NCBI GenBank assembly: GCA_965205975.1
Contig: OZ242195.1
Span: 3,744,001 to 3,808,000, forward strand
Direction: 5' to 3'
DNA length: 64,000 nt
DNA from: Candidatus Latescibacterota bacterium
Lineage (GTDB): Bacteria; Latescibacterota; UBA2968
Below the pieces are notes generated by a model. It had not been told where the DNA came from. It was given only the letters and a program-made list of their open reading frames with translations, and ran no database searches. Of the stretch, positions 8,231-20,073 are shown one piece after another (positions within the stretch are counted from its first letter, which is position 1; every line of letters begins with the position of its first letter). Made by a program: the position numbers and the translations under genes.

Positions 8231-9973
8231 TCAAGACGAACTTTCCGGAGGGGCTTCGAGGCGATAAACCGAGGTAATATTGGGAACCTTGCGGAGATTT
8301 TTCAGAAGTTCTTCGAGATGGTCGGCATCTTTGATCTCTACCTGGAATTGGTCGTTAATCTCCTCGCGCCTCGTCTCGATACTGGCACTCAAAATGGGAA
8401 CACCGAGATCGGACATAACCCGTGTCATATCGGACAACAAATTGGTGCGATCCTTGCCCGTAACCTGGATGGTTGCAGTAAAAGTCTCTGTCTGATTAAA
8501 AGCCTCTTCGCGCAGAACCCGTCGAATACAACTTCGCGCTTTGGCACTCTTGACAAAATCGAGCCAATCGCGGTGCGGATGCTGGTGTGGCGACGTAATA
8601 ATCTCAACCGTCTGCCCCGTCTCAAGCGGCGTAGATAATGGCACCATCTGACTGTCAATGCGGGCACCCACGCAGCGATTGCCAATTTCGGTATGCACTG
8701 CAAAGGCAAAATCGACGGGTGTGGCCTCATCGGGAAGCTGAATCAGATCGCCCTGGGGCGTAAAAACATAAATCTCATTTGAAAAAAGATCGACCTTGAG
8801 TTCCTCGATAATTTCTTGAGGATCTGATGTCTCCCCCTGCCATTCGAGCATATTGCGAAGCCCATCTATTTGTTGATCGAGTTCCGACCTTTCTGGAGAA
8901 CCCTCTTTGTAAAGCCAGTGTGCTGCAATACCCACTTCTGCTGTTTGGTGCATCTCATGGGTGCGTATCTGCACCTCGATCATCAACCCGCGCGGGCCTA
9001 TCACCGTCGTGTGCAAAGACTGATACATATTGCTCTTGGGCGTCGCAATAAAATCCTTAAACCGGGGCATAACCGGTGTATAGAGCGAGTGAATCATACC
9101 CAGAACGTGATAACATTCCTGGACCGTATCGACCAGTATGCGGATGGCTAACAAATCGTAGATATCTTCAAAAGCTTTGCTCCGCGTCTGCATCTTCCGG
9201 TTAATACTGAAGAAGTTTTTGGGCCGTCCCGTGATCTCCCCTCGAATATTTGCTTCCTTGAGTATTTTTTGCAGTGGCACGCGCATCTCTTCGATATAGG
9301 CCTCGCGTTCTCGTCTCTTAAGACGGATCTTTTTGCTAATCGCGCGATAGGCTTCCGGCTCGAGCCATTTGAGAGCCAGGTCTTCAAGCTCCCACCGAAT
9401 ACGCGCAATCCCCAAACGGTGTGCCAGAGGCGCGTAAATATCGAGACTCTCACGCGCCATGCGCTCGCGCGTTTCAGGAGGCAGGGGATCCAGCGTACGC
9501 ATATTGTGCAGACGTTCGCAAAACTTAACAAGAACGACGCGCAAGTCATTGATCAAAGACAGAAACATCTTGCGGAAATTCTCGGCTTGCTCGGCCTCTT
9601 GCGATTGGAAGGACAGATCTTTAATCCTGGTCACACCGTCAACCAGATCGGCAATATGAGAACCAAAATGACGCGCGATTTGTGCGTGGGTTGCTGTGCC
9701 GTGCGCTATGGTATCGTGCAAAATACCAGCCACCAGAGTTACAGTATCCTGCTTGAGATCTATCAGGATGCGCCCAACCTCAAGCGCGTGTACAATATAC
9801 GGCTGGCCCGACTTGCGAAAATGATCTTGATGTGCCTTCCTCGCAAAATGAAAGGCACGGGTCAAGAGTTTTACATTGTAATCGGAACGGCTTTGAAGAG
9901 CATCTTGGAGAAATGCGTCAAAGATGGGATCATCTGTGAAGGATTTTGGGGAGAGATTGGTCATAGATATCAC
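8231..9973 (-). CDS. RelA/SpoT family (p)ppGpp synthetase (HD-SYNTH-TGS-ACT), short form
   Basis: RKSGQPYIVH, IYAPLAHRLG, GRPK, DLLAIR, YQSLHT, EVQIRT, TGS (TPVDFAFAVHT), ACT (GKDRTNLLSD). Confidence 0.92.
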   Translation of the reverse strand: MISMTNLSPKSFTDDPIFDAFLQDALQSRSDYNVKLLTRAFHFARKAHQDHFRKSGQPYIVHALEVGRILIDLKQDTVTLVAGILHDTIAHGTATHAQIARHFGSHIADLVDGVTRIKDLSFQSQEAEQAENFRKMFLSLINDLRVVLVKFCERLHNMRTLDPLPPETRERMARESLDIYAPLAHRLGIARIRWELEDLALKWLEPEAYRAISKKIRLKRREREAYIEEMRVPLQKILKEANIRGEITGRPKNFFSINRKMQTRSKAFEDIYDLLAIRILVDTVQECYHVLGMIHSLYTPVMPRFKDFIATPKSNMYQSLHTTVIGPRGLMIEVQIRTHEMHQTAEVGIAAHWLYKEGSPERSELDQQIDGLRNMLEWQGETSDPQEIIEELKVDLFSNEIYVFTPQGDLIQLPDEATPVDFAFAVHTEIGNRCVGARIDSQMVPLSTPLETGQTVEIITSPHQHPHRDWLDFVKSAKARSCIRRVLREEAFNQTETFTATIQVTGKDRTNLLSDMTRVMSDLGVPILSASIETRREEINDQFQVEIKDADHLEELLKNLRKVPNITSVYRLEAPPESSS

Positions 9974-12513
9974 GCCCAGATAATTAATCCAGTCTCACAT
10001 ATCGAATTGAGGTCCTGATGGTGCGGGCGAACGCGAACTGTATAGCCCCATCGGCCGCTTTTTTGCAAAGGCAGGTGCCCCACAAAAGTATGGGAATCCA
10101 CAAGCACCATAGGCAGCGACTCGCCCTGGACAATCTGCCCCTCTGCGCCGACCTGCCCGTGAAAAATTTCGACAGCCACATCCTCTACACTCAAGTCGCC
10201 CAACGCGACATCCGCGCGAATTTCGACCTTGTCGCCCACATGTGATGTCTGCGCCTGGCTCGACGTTACAGAACGGACCGCGACATCCTTCCACCCCTGG
10301 CGAACTCTATCTTTCCATTCGGCCAGAGCACTGGCTCTCGCGCCATTGTTATCCGAGAGGTCTTTTGATCGCGCATGCGCCTTCAAATAGAACCGCTCGG
10401 TATATTCCTGCACCATGCGGTGGGTATTGAACTTTGGACACAACACGCGCATAGCATTCTTCATCCGGGCGATCCATCCTCTGGGCAATCCATCCACACC
10501 GCGATTATAAAAAAGCGGCACCGCTTCTTTCTCGAGAATATTGTAAATCGCCCGCGCTTCAATCTGGTTTTGATACGCCGGATCGTCGTATTCTTTACCG
10601 TGACCGATCTCCCAGCCCAATTCCGGTTGATACGCTTCGTCCCACCAGCCATCGAGTACACTGAGATTTAACGCGCCATTGGCAACGGCTTTCATGCCAC
10701 TGGTACCGCTGGCTTCCTGCGGTCTCATCGGCGTATTCAGCCAGATATCGACCCCTTGCACGAGATAACGCGCCACACACATATCGTAATTCTCGATAAA
10801 AACCAGACGCCGATGGAGATACTCGCGCTGCGTAAGACTGAAAATTTCCTGAATAAATTCTTTTCCCGCATGGTCCTGCGGATGCGCCTTGCCCGCAAAA
10901 ATAACCTGAACGGGACGTTCTTCATTGCACAAAATACGCGTGAGCCTCTCGAGATCGTGAAACAAAAGCGTTGCGCGTTTATAAGTCGCAAAACGCCTGG
11001 CAAATCCAATTGTAAGCGCATCGGAAGTCAGAACCTCGTCGGCGCGCGCCATATCGATTGACGACGCTATTTCTCGCTGCAACTGCTTTCTAAGACGCTG
11101 CCGCGCAAATGCAACGAGGCGTTCTCTTCTGCGCTCGTGGACGCGCCAGAGTTCCTCGGGCGGAATGTGGTCTATCGTCTCCCACACACTCTGATCGTGT
11201 GGTTCCTCCAGGCGTCGAGGCCCCATGTAATTGTCTTCAAGGGCGCGCATTTGTTGCGAGATATGGGAAGCAATATGAACGCCGTTGGTAATGGATTCGA
11301 CGGGTATTTCATTTTTTGGCAGCCCGGGCCACAGCGACTGCCACATATTGCGCGAGACCTCGCCGTGGAGTTTGCTAACGCCATTGCGATAGGACGACAG
11401 CCTGAACGCGAGCACTGTCATATTAAAACCCTCGCTGACATTATGGGGATTCTCGCGCCCCAAAGCGAAGAATGCAGACATGGAAAGACCGAGATCCTGC
11501 GCGTAGGATCTGAAGTATTTTTCTATCAGAGAAACGGGAAAAACATCGTGCCCGGCCGGAACGGGGGTATGGGTCGTAAAAACGTGGCCTGCCGACGTGT
11601 ACTCTGCCGCCTGTTCAAATGTGGCACCACTGTTGTGCATCGCCTGCAGTATGCGCTCCAGCCCCAGAAAAGCCGAATGCCCTTCATTCATGTGGCATAC
11701 CGTGGGCTGTATGCCCAATGCGTTGAGCGCGCGCACACCGCCAATACCCAGCAGAATTTCCTGCCGGATGCGCGTCTCACTATCGCCACCGTAGAGCTGT
11801 GCTGTAATCTCGCGGATAGATGGCGGATTTTCCATCAAATTGGTATCGAGCAAGTACAGGGGAATGCGTCCAACCTGCACTTTCCATATCCGCACCCGCG
11901 CTTCTGCTTCGGGATATGAGAGCGTAATAGTGATATCCCGACCGCGCTCATCGCGAACAATCTGGACGGGTAGTGCGTAATAGTCATTTTCGATATATTC
12001 TTCTTGTTGCCAACCGTCATTTGTGAGATACTGATTGAAATATCCGTGTTGATACAGCAGACCCACAGCAGAAAAGGGCAACCCCAGAGTACTCGCAGAT
12101 TTGAGATGATCCCCAGCCAACACCCCCAGACCACCCGAATAAATCGGCAGACTTTCGGTGAGACCAAACTCCGCAGAAAAATAGGCGATTTGAATATCGG
12201 ACGCTGTTTTGCCGTGGGCGGAGTGAAAATAGGTCTCCCCATCCATAAACGCGCGGAAAGACTCTGAGACCCGCTTAAAATGCGCCATGAATCCCGGATT
12301 TTCAGAGAGTTGATTCAGGCGTTCCTGGCTGATATCATTGAGCATACGCACCGGATTGTGATAAACGGTTTCCCAGAGAATGGGATCAATGCGTCGAAAC
12401 AGATCCATCGTATCCGGATCCCACGCCCAGCGCAGATTATACGCCAGTGCTTCCAGGCCCTGAAGGGATTTGGGCAATGAGGGTTTGACCACAAATGTAG
12501 AAATTGGTTTCAC
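9970..12513 (-). CDS. glgP: Alpha-glucan (glycogen/maltodextrin) phosphorylase
   Basis: YSGGLGVLAGDH, NEGH, FARRFATYKR and the PLP motif EASGTSGMK. Confidence 0.95.
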   Translation of the reverse strand: MKPISTFVVKPSLPKSLQGLEALAYNLRWAWDPDTMDLFRRIDPILWETVYHNPVRMLNDISQERLNQLSENPGFMAHFKRVSESFRAFMDGETYFHSAHGKTASDIQIAYFSAEFGLTESLPIYSGGLGVLAGDHLKSASTLGLPFSAVGLLYQHGYFNQYLTNDGWQQEEYIENDYYALPVQIVRDERGRDITITLSYPEAEARVRIWKVQVGRIPLYLLDTNLMENPPSIREITAQLYGGDSETRIRQEILLGIGGVRALNALGIQPTVCHMNEGHSAFLGLERILQAMHNSGATFEQAAEYTSAGHVFTTHTPVPAGHDVFPVSLIEKYFRSYAQDLGLSMSAFFALGRENPHNVSEGFNMTVLAFRLSSYRNGVSKLHGEVSRNMWQSLWPGLPKNEIPVESITNGVHIASHISQQMRALEDNYMGPRRLEEPHDQSVWETIDHIPPEELWRVHERRRERLVAFARQRLRKQLQREIASSIDMARADEVLTSDALTIGFARRFATYKRATLLFHDLERLTRILCNEERPVQVIFAGKAHPQDHAGKEFIQEIFSLTQREYLHRRLVFIENYDMCVARYLVQGVDIWLNTPMRPQEASGTSGMKAVANGALNLSVLDGWWDEAYQPELGWEIGHGKEYDDPAYQNQIEARAIYNILEKEAVPLFYNRGVDGLPRGWIARMKNAMRVLCPKFNTHRMVQEYTERFYLKAHARSKDLSDNNGARASALAEWKDRVRQGWKDVAVRSVTSSQAQTSHVGDKVEIRADVALGDLSVEDVAVEIFHGQVGAEGQIVQGESLPMVLVDSHTFVGHLPLQKSGRWGYTVRVRPHHQDLNSICETGLIIWA

Positions 12514-12531
12514 AGAGTTTTCTCCTGAACG

Positions 12532-13554
12532 TCACACATCTTCAACAGCGACGACTGCATCTGTTTCCCACGATTTTATCGCCGCTTCAATAACCATCTG
12601 TGCTTTGAGTGCTTCTTCACCCGAACCTTCGATATCTTCGGGAGATGCGTCTTCAAGATTTTGCTCTATCCATCGCCCAATGCGGCTTTGAAATGTTTCG
12701 TTGAACCCCATCATACCGCCGATATAGTCATAGCGTTCGAGTTCCATTGAGCGGCGGGGGTGAAAATGCAGGCGTTCACAGGCTTCTTCGAGCACAAAGC
12801 GAGCGTCTGATCCGGCAACTTCGAGACGTTCGAGACCATAAGACCCTCCCGGTCCCGTGGCATCGTAACTTCCGGTGAGATTACCCACCGTACCGTCTGA
12901 AAAGCGCATGTTGAGTTGCATATTTGACCAGCACACGCGGCGATTGCCATCTCGATCCAGGCCGCGCTTAAAAAAGGCACTCACCTTTTCAATATCGCCG
13001 CAAAAGTAGCGCATAACATCGATAGAGTGCGGGTGCAAGGCGCGAATGTGGAACCACGGCGACGTTTCTCGGGGATTATTGATCCACATAGTCATATTGA
13101 TAATATTGATCTCGCCCAGCCTACCCTGATCAACCCAATCTTTGGCACGCGCAGCAGCAGGCGTAAAACGGTGATTGAGGTCAATACCATAGCGCAGATT
13201 TTTATCTTTTGCTCTGGCAACCATCTCTTTTGCCTCGTCAATATTATTCGAAATCGGTTTTTCTCCGAGTACATGAACACCCGCTTCGAGGAGTTCCATC
13301 GTAGGTTTATAGTGATCGCCACCATTTTCATGACCGGCAGTCGCAACACTTGCCACCGCGATATCCAGCCCCGCGTTGAGCATATCTTGTACAGAGTAAA
13401 ATGCCCTAACACCGTATTGCGACGCCGCGGCATCTGCGCGTCTTTGGTCTATATCGCAAACAGCAGCGAGATTGCATTGGTCGTGACCATTATAAATCGT
13501 GGCGTGTCGGTTGCCAATACCCCCCAAACCGACCACGGCGACATTTAATCCCAT
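12532..13554 (-). CDS. Gfo/Idh/MocA family oxidoreductase
   Basis: VGLGGIG Rossmann motif and EKP; start set at MGLNVAVV after a GGGAG RBS. Confidence 0.88.
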   Translation of the reverse strand: MGLNVAVVGLGGIGNRHATIYNGHDQCNLAAVCDIDQRRADAAASQYGVRAFYSVQDMLNAGLDIAVASVATAGHENGGDHYKPTMELLEAGVHVLGEKPISNNIDEAKEMVARAKDKNLRYGIDLNHRFTPAAARAKDWVDQGRLGEINIINMTMWINNPRETSPWFHIRALHPHSIDVMRYFCGDIEKVSAFFKRGLDRDGNRRVCWSNMQLNMRFSDGTVGNLTGSYDATGPGGSYGLERLEVAGSDARFVLEEACERLHFHPRRSMELERYDYIGGMMGFNETFQSRIGRWIEQNLEDASPEDIEGSGEEALKAQMVIEAAIKSWETDAVVAVEDV

Positions 13555-13567
13555 TGAAAACTCCCTT

Positions 13568-14245
13568 CTACCAGTTGCTGAGTATCCGACCGACAAATGC
13601 CGGAACTTCGTCTGTGAAAAAATACATGACGGCAAAGACCGCGAAGAGAATATAGATTCCGATCACGGTGAACATAATAATCTTTTTCCGCTTGCTCATC
13701 CCGGTGCGCGGCGCAGATCTGAGATCGCGCGATTGTTTGAGGAAGGGTTCTGATTTATCCTCCTCCGAGGACGTTTCCGATGGCGCTTCCGCCTCTTCTC
13801 CTTCTTCAGTACTTTCCTCAGATACTTTTTGCTCGGTTTCCTCTGCGTCTGCTGGTGTATCCGCTTCTATATTTTCCTCTAATTCGGCTATGTCGAACAC
13901 ATGCTCTATTTTTTCGATAAGCGTTTTGTCTTCAAATGGTTTTTCAACAATACCGTAAACACCCTGTTCCAAGAGCGCTTTGGCTTCTGCTTCCTCAACG
14001 GGAAACGATACCACAATTACTGGCATTTCAAAGCCTTCTTCGCGAATAAATTCGATCAACACATCGCCGTAAACAACCGGCATCTCGAGATTGAGCAACA
14101 CCAGATCGGGTTGTCCGTGCGCGATCGCATCAACCGCTTCGGTCCACGTTGTCGCGCTCTGTGCCTGATAATCATTGGATTCGAGAATCTTGACAATCCT
14201 TTTTACAGCGGCTTCTTCACTATCAATAGTCAAAATTTTTGTCAT
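13568..14245 (-). CDS. Atypical receiver-domain protein with an acidic linker and C-terminal membrane anchor
   Basis: KILTIDSE..PDLVLLNLEMP..G..PVIVVS..KPF receiver fold; E-rich linker; KRKK followed by a hydrophobic helix. Confidence 0.8.
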   Translation of the reverse strand: MTKILTIDSEEAAVKRIVKILESNDYQAQSATTWTEAVDAIAHGQPDLVLLNLEMPVVYGDVLIEFIREEGFEMPVIVVSFPVEEAEAKALLEQGVYGIVEKPFEDKTLIEKIEHVFDIAELEENIEADTPADAEETEQKVSEESTEEGEEAEAPSETSSEEDKSEPFLKQSRDLRSAPRTGMSKRKKIIMFTVIGIYILFAVFAVMYFFTDEVPAFVGRILSNW

Positions 14246-14353
14246 ACCGTCCCCCGTGCGTAGTAGGGCAAATATTGGCACTTGAAAGTATAAAGCGAAA
14301 GAAGTCCAATGACAAGGATTTTCCCTCACTGCAATCACCCGGTGAGTTCTCTC

Positions 14354-14382
14354 TTGATGGGTGAACGTGCGTATAGTATATT
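14354..14382 (+). promoter_or_regulatory. Putative sigma70 promoter of uvrA
   Basis: TTGATG-N17-TATATT, 40 nt before the ATG. Confidence 0.5.
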
Positions 14383-14421
14383 GCAATACAAACAAATTAA
14401 AAATTAAAAATCGGGAGTCTT

Positions 14422-17400
14422 ATGGAAACAAAAAGCATCGTCGTAAAAGGTGCGCGAGTACACAACCTGCACAATGTAGATCTGACGTTGCCCCGACACG
14501 CGCTAATATGTTTTACCGGCGTTTCCGGTTCGGGCAAGTCGTCAATGGCTTTTGACACCATCTATGCCGAAGGTCAGCGGCGTTATGTAGAATCCCTATC
14601 GGCGTATGCACGTCAATTTTTAGGACAGATGGAAAAACCCGAAGTCGATCAAATTACGGGATTGTCGCCAACGATTTCCATCGAACAAAAGACCGCCGGG
14701 CGCAATCCCCGCTCAACCGTGGGCACAATGACCGAAATCTACGACTATTTGCGCGTATTATTTGCGCGTATTGGCACCCCCCATTGCGTACATGACGACA
14801 CGCCAATTGGGGTGCAAACGCGCGACGGCATCGTAGATCAGATCATGGCACTGGATGAAGGCACGCGCATTCACATACTCTCTTCTCTCGTACAGGGGCG
14901 AAAAGGGGAATACCACGACCTGTTTGAAAATTTGCAAAAAGAGGGCTATATCCGCGCGCGCGTAGATGGACAGATCGCGACATTGACCCAGACCCCGAAA
15001 TTGGAGCGCTACAAAAGACACGATATCGAAGTCGTAATTGATCGGGTTATCGCAAAAAAAACAATGCGAGGACGCATTGGCGAAGCCGTCGATGCCGGTC
15101 TCATAATGGGCAAAGGGGCGATCATCGTCAGCGCAGAAGGCGAAGATGATCTTTTGCTGAGTACGCACTTTTCCTGTCCCACATGTGGACGCAGCGCGCA
15201 GGAACCTGTGCCGCAATTATTCTCATTCAACAGCCCACAGGGCATGTGCCCCGGCTGTCGCGGTTTGGGCACGCGCTTTGCAATGGATCTGGCAAAAGCC
15301 ATTCCCAATCCCGAATTATCTGTCATGGAGGGCGCTATTGCGCCACTGGGCGTACCCAAAAATCGGTGGAAAGCTCACTATTACGCGGGCGTTTTGAAGC
15401 ACCATGGTGCAAATTTACAAACGCCCTGGAAACGCATCTCACCAGAGGGCCAACAAGCATTATTATACGGCATAGATGGCAAAATGACCTTTGAATGGCG
15501 CCGCAGCAATGGCAGCATAAAACGCCATCGCGATGGGTTTGAAGGTATCCTGCCACCGATGGAACGGCAATTTGCCGAAGGACGAAGCCCCGTAGTACGC
15601 AAACGTCTCGCACCCTTCATGCGCGTGGGCATGTGTCCCGTATGCGAAGGCACGCGCTTGAAACCCGAAGCCCTCTCCGTCAAAATCGAAGGACAGACCC
15701 TGCCCGATGTCACCGCGATGACAGTCGATCGCGCACACGCCTTTTTTCAAAGCCTCAAATTGACCGAGACTCAGGCGCGAATCGCCGAAGACGCCTTAAA
15801 AGAAATTCGCGGGCGATTGAAATTTCTCCTCGATGTAGGTCTCGACTATCTCACACTCAATCGCACGGCACCCACGCTATCCGGCGGTGAGGCGCAACGC
15901 ATTCGCCTCGCCAGCCAGATCGGATCTGGATTGGTCGGTGTAACCTATGTACTGGACGAACCGTCAATAGGTCTGCACCACCGCGACAATCGGCGATTGC
16001 TCGACGCCTTGTGCCACCTGCGGGACGTGGGCAATACCGTAATCGTCGTCGAACACGACGAAGACACCATGCGGCGCGCAGATCGCGTAATAGATTTTGG
16101 ACCCGGTCCCGGGCACCTCGGTGGTCGGATAGTCGCCGAAGGAACGTGGAAACAGGTAGCGAGAAGAACCCGCTCGGTAACGGGAGCTTATCTCTCGGGA
16201 AAAGAGAAAATAGCAGTGCCCGAAAGGCGCTCCGTATCGCATCGCAACTTATGGATTCGGGGCGCATCTCAAAATAACCTCAAAAATATTGATGTAAAAA
16301 TTCCCATCGGCGTATTTACCTGTATCACGGGCGTATCCGGATCGGGAAAATCATCGCTAATTGCCGATATTCTCTACCCTGCTCTCGCGCGAGAACTCAA
16401 CCGCGCAGAAACGGAAACAGGCGCGCACCGCTGCATCGAAGGCATAGACCTCCTGGACAAAGTCATCGAGATCAACCAGCAGCCCATCGGACGCACGCCG
16501 CGCAGCAACGCAGCGACATATACGGGTGTATTTGATCCCATTCGAAAATTATTTGCCGAGTTGCCCGAGTCAAAAGTACGGGGCTATAAACCCGGACGCT
16601 TCAGTTTCAACGTAAAGGGCGGGCGATGCGAGGCGTGTAAGGGCAATGGCGCAAACCTCGTCGAAATGGATTTCCTCGCCGACGTGTGGGTAACGTGTCC
16701 CGTGTGTGAAGGGAGGCGTTTTAATCGCGAGACCCTGGACGTCAAATACAAGGGCAAGTCCATTGCCGATGTGCTGGCGATGGAAGTCGAAGAAGCGCAT
16801 CTGTTTTTTCAGGCAATCCCCGGCATTCACCGCATCCTCCAAACCCTGATTGATGTGGGAATGGGCTACGTCAAATTGGGCCAGCCCGCACCAACGCTCT
16901 CCGGCGGTGAAGCACAACGGGTCAAGCTATCAAAAGAACTGTGCCGCAGAAGCACGGGTCAAACCCTGTACATCCTGGACGAACCGACGACGGGCCTGCA
17001 TTTTGCCGATATACAAAATCTCTTAAACGTATTGCATCGGCTCGCGGATATGGGCAATTCCGTGGTGGTTATCGAGCACAACCTGGACGTGATCAAAACC
17101 GCGGATTGGGTAATCGATCTGGGACCTGAAGGCGGCGAAGACGGGGGACAAATTATAGCAGAAGGCACACCCGAGCACCTGACGCAATCTCCCAACTCTC
17201 ACACGGCGCGCGCGCTTGGCGAAGTGCTATCGCGCACACCACCTGCACCTGAGAAAAACGGTAAGCGAATCGCCAATGGCCATGTGCGAACAATTGACGT
17301 TGTAGGGGCGAGAGAGAACAATTTGCAAAATGTGGATGTATCCATTCCCCGCGAAAAAATGACCGTGATCTCCGGCGTATCCGGATCGGGAAAATCTTCC

Positions 17401-20070
17401 CTGGCACTCGACACAATTTACGCTGAAGGACAGCGGCGATATGTCGAATCCCTATCCGCTTATGCGCGGCAGTTTTTGGGACAAATGCCCAAACCAAAGG
17501 TAGATCGCGTGATAGGCTTGTCTCCCGCGATTGCCATTGAACAAAAAGCCGCGAGCAAAAACCCACGCTCAACCGTAGGCACGGTAACAGAGGTTTACGA
17601 TTATCTGCGAGCACTCTACGCATTATTGGGCGACACCTATTGTCCAGATTGCGATGTATTGGCGGGCAGTCAGTCCGTGCAGGAAATTGTAGCGCGCGTG
17701 CTAAAAATGAAACGACGCCTCTACCTTCTCGCGCCCATAGAACTCGGCAAAGGCGAGGATTATACCAGTTTGATCAACCGCTTTCACCGCGAAGGCTACT
17801 TGCGCGGCAGACTCAATGGCGCAGTTTTCAACCTGTCAACCCCCCCAGAAATCGATTACAGACAGACTCACAGGCTCGAAATCCTGATAGATCGCGTAAT
17901 CGCAGAAAAAAAGAACCGCAAACGCATCGCGGACTCCATCGAAATCGCGCTGGATATCTCGGGAGGCATTTTGATCGTCGCATCGCCCGATGATAGCGAA
18001 GAAACGCGATTCAGCCAGTACCTCTCGTGCCCATCCTGCGGGCGCAGTTTTGAAACAATAACCCCTCAGCATCTATCATTCAACAGCTCCGAAGGCTGGT
18101 GTTTATCCTGCGAAGGACTGGGAACGCAGCGCGGCATGGGCATCCACACCCTGATCCCCGACACTCACAAATCACTATCCGAAGGCGCAGTACTCGCCTG
18201 GGGAAAAGTAGAACCGCACACACAAATAGGCAACATGCTATCAGCGGTCGGCAAAGCCGCGGGCTTTAATCTTTATACCCCCTTTGCACGCATCTCAAAA
18301 GAAGGGCAACATGCGATCTTATACGGTTTGGGCACGCGGTGGTTAAAAGGGCCTGGGCTAATCTCATTCCAATTCAAGGGCCTGTTTCCCACAATTGAAA
18401 CCCTCGTGCGGCAAGCGCCGCGTTTTCGGCGTCTAATGGGAGACTTTATCCAGGATGTCCCGTGTCCGTCCTGCAAGGGAACCCGTCTAAAGCCAGAAAG
18501 TACTGCGATAAAACTATTCGGCAAAACAATGCCCCAACTGGTAGCAATGCCCATCCGCGAGGTACGCACCTATTTCGACGCAATGGTATTAGAAGGACAG
18601 GCACGCGAAGCCGCCGCAGAGGTATTGCACGAAATTCAGAGCCGCCTGCGGTTTCTCGACGAAGTGGGCCTGGGATATTTGAACCTGGGACGGCGAGCAC
18701 CCACGCTATCGGGCGGCGAAGCCCAGCGCATCCGCCTCGCCAGCCAGATCGGATCCGGTCTCACCGGGGTACTCTACGTGCTTGACGAGCCGACAATTGG
18801 CCTGCACCAGCGCGACAACCACCAGTTATTGGCTGCACTGGCACAACTGCGAGACCTGGGCAACTCTCTCCTCATTGTCGAACACGACCGCGAGACCTTG
18901 AATCGGGCAGATCACATTCTGGACTTTGGGCCCGGCGCAGGCGTTGAAGGCGGACGCATCGTAGCCGCTGGCAATCCGCGCAAATTAAAAACCAACAACG
19001 GCTCAATAACCGCGCATTATCTCGCAGGCGATTTGCAAATCGAAGTCCCCGATGAGCGGCGAAACCCCGAACGGGGATCGCTTTGCGTAGTAGGCGCACG
19101 GCATAACAACTTAAAAAATGTCGATGTCTCATTTCCGCTGGGCACCTTGACCTGCGTAACCGGCGTATCGGGATCGGGCAAAAGTTCGCTCGTCAACGAC
19201 GTACTCTTCGGCGCGCTCGCCGCCCGCGTGAACCGCGCGCAAAAAGCCTGGGGAGAACACGACGATGTACTGGGATTAGAACGCATCGACAAAGTGATCA
19301 ACATCGACCAGACACCCATTGGCTATTCGCCGCGCAGCAATCCCGCGACTTATGTCAAAGTATTCGACAAAATACGCACCCTGTATGCCAGTCTGCCAGA
19401 CGCCCAGGTGCGCGGATTTAAAACCGGGCATTTCAGCTTTAATCACAAGCGCGGGCGGTGCGATGCCTGTGCGGGCCTGGGCGCGCGCCGTATTGAAATG
19501 CACTTCTTGCCCGATGTGTGGATCACATGTGAAAATTGTGGCGGAAAACGCTACAACCGCGACGTGATTGACATAACCTATAAGGGTGCGTCCATTGCCG
19601 ATGTCCTGAAAATGACAGTAGCCGAAGCCCTATCGCATTTTACCCATATACCCGGCATCCAGCGATCGCTCCAAACCCTTTTTGACGTAGGCCTGGGCTA
19701 TATCAAAATGGGACAAGCATCGACCACGCTCTCGGGCGGCGAAGCCCAGCGCGTGAAATTGGCGCGCGAATTGGCGCGACCGAGCACGGGCAAGACCGTG
19801 TATATCCTCGACGAACCGACAACGGGACTGCACTTTGCCGACATCCAGAAACTGCTCGACGTACTCAACCGACTCGTCAACGCGGGCAACACCGCAATCG
19901 TAATCGAACACAACCTGGACGTAATCAAAACCGCCGACTGGGTAATCGACCTGGGCCCAGAAGGCGGAGAAGACGGCGGCGATTTAATTGCTTGCGGCAC
20001 ACCCGAAGACGTGGTATCTGTCACAGCCTCGCACACCGGACGATTCTTGAAAGACACACTGAAGGAGTAA
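14422..20070 (+). CDS. uvrA: Excinuclease ABC subunit A, tandem-fused double UvrA (1882 aa)
   Basis: Two complete UvrA units: four GVSGSGKSS Walker A motifs, four LSGGEAQR signatures, duplicated [23 protein letters not shown] and Zn-finger CxxC pairs. Confidence 0.95.
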   Translation: METKSIVVKGARVHNLHNVDLTLPRHALICFTGVSGSGKSSMAFDTIYAEGQRRYVESLSAYARQFLGQMEKPEVDQITGLSPTISIEQKTAGRNPRSTVGTMTEIYDYLRVLFARIGTPHCVHDDTPIGVQTRDGIVDQIMALDEGTRIHILSSLVQGRKGEYHDLFENLQKEGYIRARVDGQIATLTQTPKLERYKRHDIEVVIDRVIAKKTMRGRIGEAVDAGLIMGKGAIIVSAEGEDDLLLSTHFSCPTCGRSAQEPVPQLFSFNSPQGMCPGCRGLGTRFAMDLAKAIPNPELSVMEGAIAPLGVPKNRWKAHYYAGVLKHHGANLQTPWKRISPEGQQALLYGIDGKMTFEWRRSNGSIKRHRDGFEGILPPMERQFAEGRSPVVRKRLAPFMRVGMCPVCEGTRLKPEALSVKIEGQTLPDVTAMTVDRAHAFFQSLKLTETQARIAEDALKEIRGRLKFLLDVGLDYLTLNRTAPTLSGGEAQRIRLASQIGSGLVGVTYVLDEPSIGLHHRDNRRLLDALCHLRDVGNTVIVVEHDEDTMRRADRVIDFGPGPGHLGGRIVAEGTWKQVARRTRSVTGAYLSGKEKIAVPERRSVSHRNLWIRGASQNNLKNIDVKIPIGVFTCITGVSGSGKSSLIADILYPALARELNRAETETGAHRCIEGIDLLDKVIEINQQPIGRTPRSNAATYTGVFDPIRKLFAELPESKVRGYKPGRFSFNVKGGRCEACKGNGANLVEMDFLADVWVTCPVCEGRRFNRETLDVKYKGKSIADVLAMEVEEAHLFFQAIPGIHRILQTLIDVGMGYVKLGQPAPTLSGGEAQRVKLSKELCRRSTGQTLYILDEPTTGLHFADIQNLLNVLHRLADMGNSVVVIEHNLDVIKTADWVIDLGPEGGEDGGQIIAEGTPEHLTQSPNSHTARALGEVLSRTPPAPEKNGKRIANGHVRTIDVVGARENNLQNVDVSIPREKMTVISGVSGSGKSSLALDTIYAEGQRRYVESLSAYARQFLGQMPKPKVDRVIGLSPAIAIEQKAASKNPRSTVGTVTEVYDYLRALYALLGDTYCPDCDVLAGSQSVQEIVARVLKMKRRLYLLAPIELGKGEDYTSLINRFHREGYLRGRLNGAVFNLSTPPEIDYRQTHRLEILIDRVIAEKKNRKRIADSIEIALDISGGILIVASPDDSEETRFSQYLSCPSCGRSFETITPQHLSFNSSEGWCLSCEGLGTQRGMGIHTLIPDTHKSLSEGAVLAWGKVEPHTQIGNMLSAVGKAAGFNLYTPFARISKEGQHAILYGLGTRWLKGPGLISFQFKGLFPTIETLVRQAPRFRRLMGDFIQDVPCPSCKGTRLKPESTAIKLFGKTMPQLVAMPIREVRTYFDAMVLEGQAREAAAEVLHEIQSRLRFLDEVGLGYLNLGRRAPTLSGGEAQRIRLASQIGSGLTGVLYVLDEPTIGLHQRDNHQLLAALAQLRDLGNSLLIVEHDRETLNRADHILDFGPGAGVEGGRIVAAGNPRKLKTNNGSITAHYLAGDLQIEVPDERRNPERGSLCVVGARHNNLKNVDVSFPLGTLTCVTGVSGSGKSSLVNDVLFGALAARVNRAQKAWGEHDDVLGLERIDKVINIDQTPIGYSPRSNPATYVKVFDKIRTLYASLPDAQVRGFKTGHFSFNHKRGRCDACAGLGARRIEMHFLPDVWITCENCGGKRYNRDVIDITYKGASIADVLKMTVAEALSHFTHIPGIQRSLQTLFDVGLGYIKMGQASTTLSGGEAQRVKLARELARPSTGKTVYILDEPTTGLHFADIQKLLDVLNRLVNAGNTAIVIEHNLDVIKTADWVIDLGPEGGEDGGDLIACGTPEDVVSVTASHTGRFLKDTLKE

Positions 20071-20073
20071 AAA

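Noticed and set aside
14363..14374. LexA (Cheo-type) box GAAC-N4-GTAT upstream of uvrA
   Set aside because: Imperfect match to GAAC-N4-GTTC, and the LexA motif of this lineage is unknown to me
14422..20070. Internal nucleotide repeats as a mobile element or assembly duplication
   Set aside because: They correspond to conserved ATPase motifs; the halves are substantially diverged elsewhere
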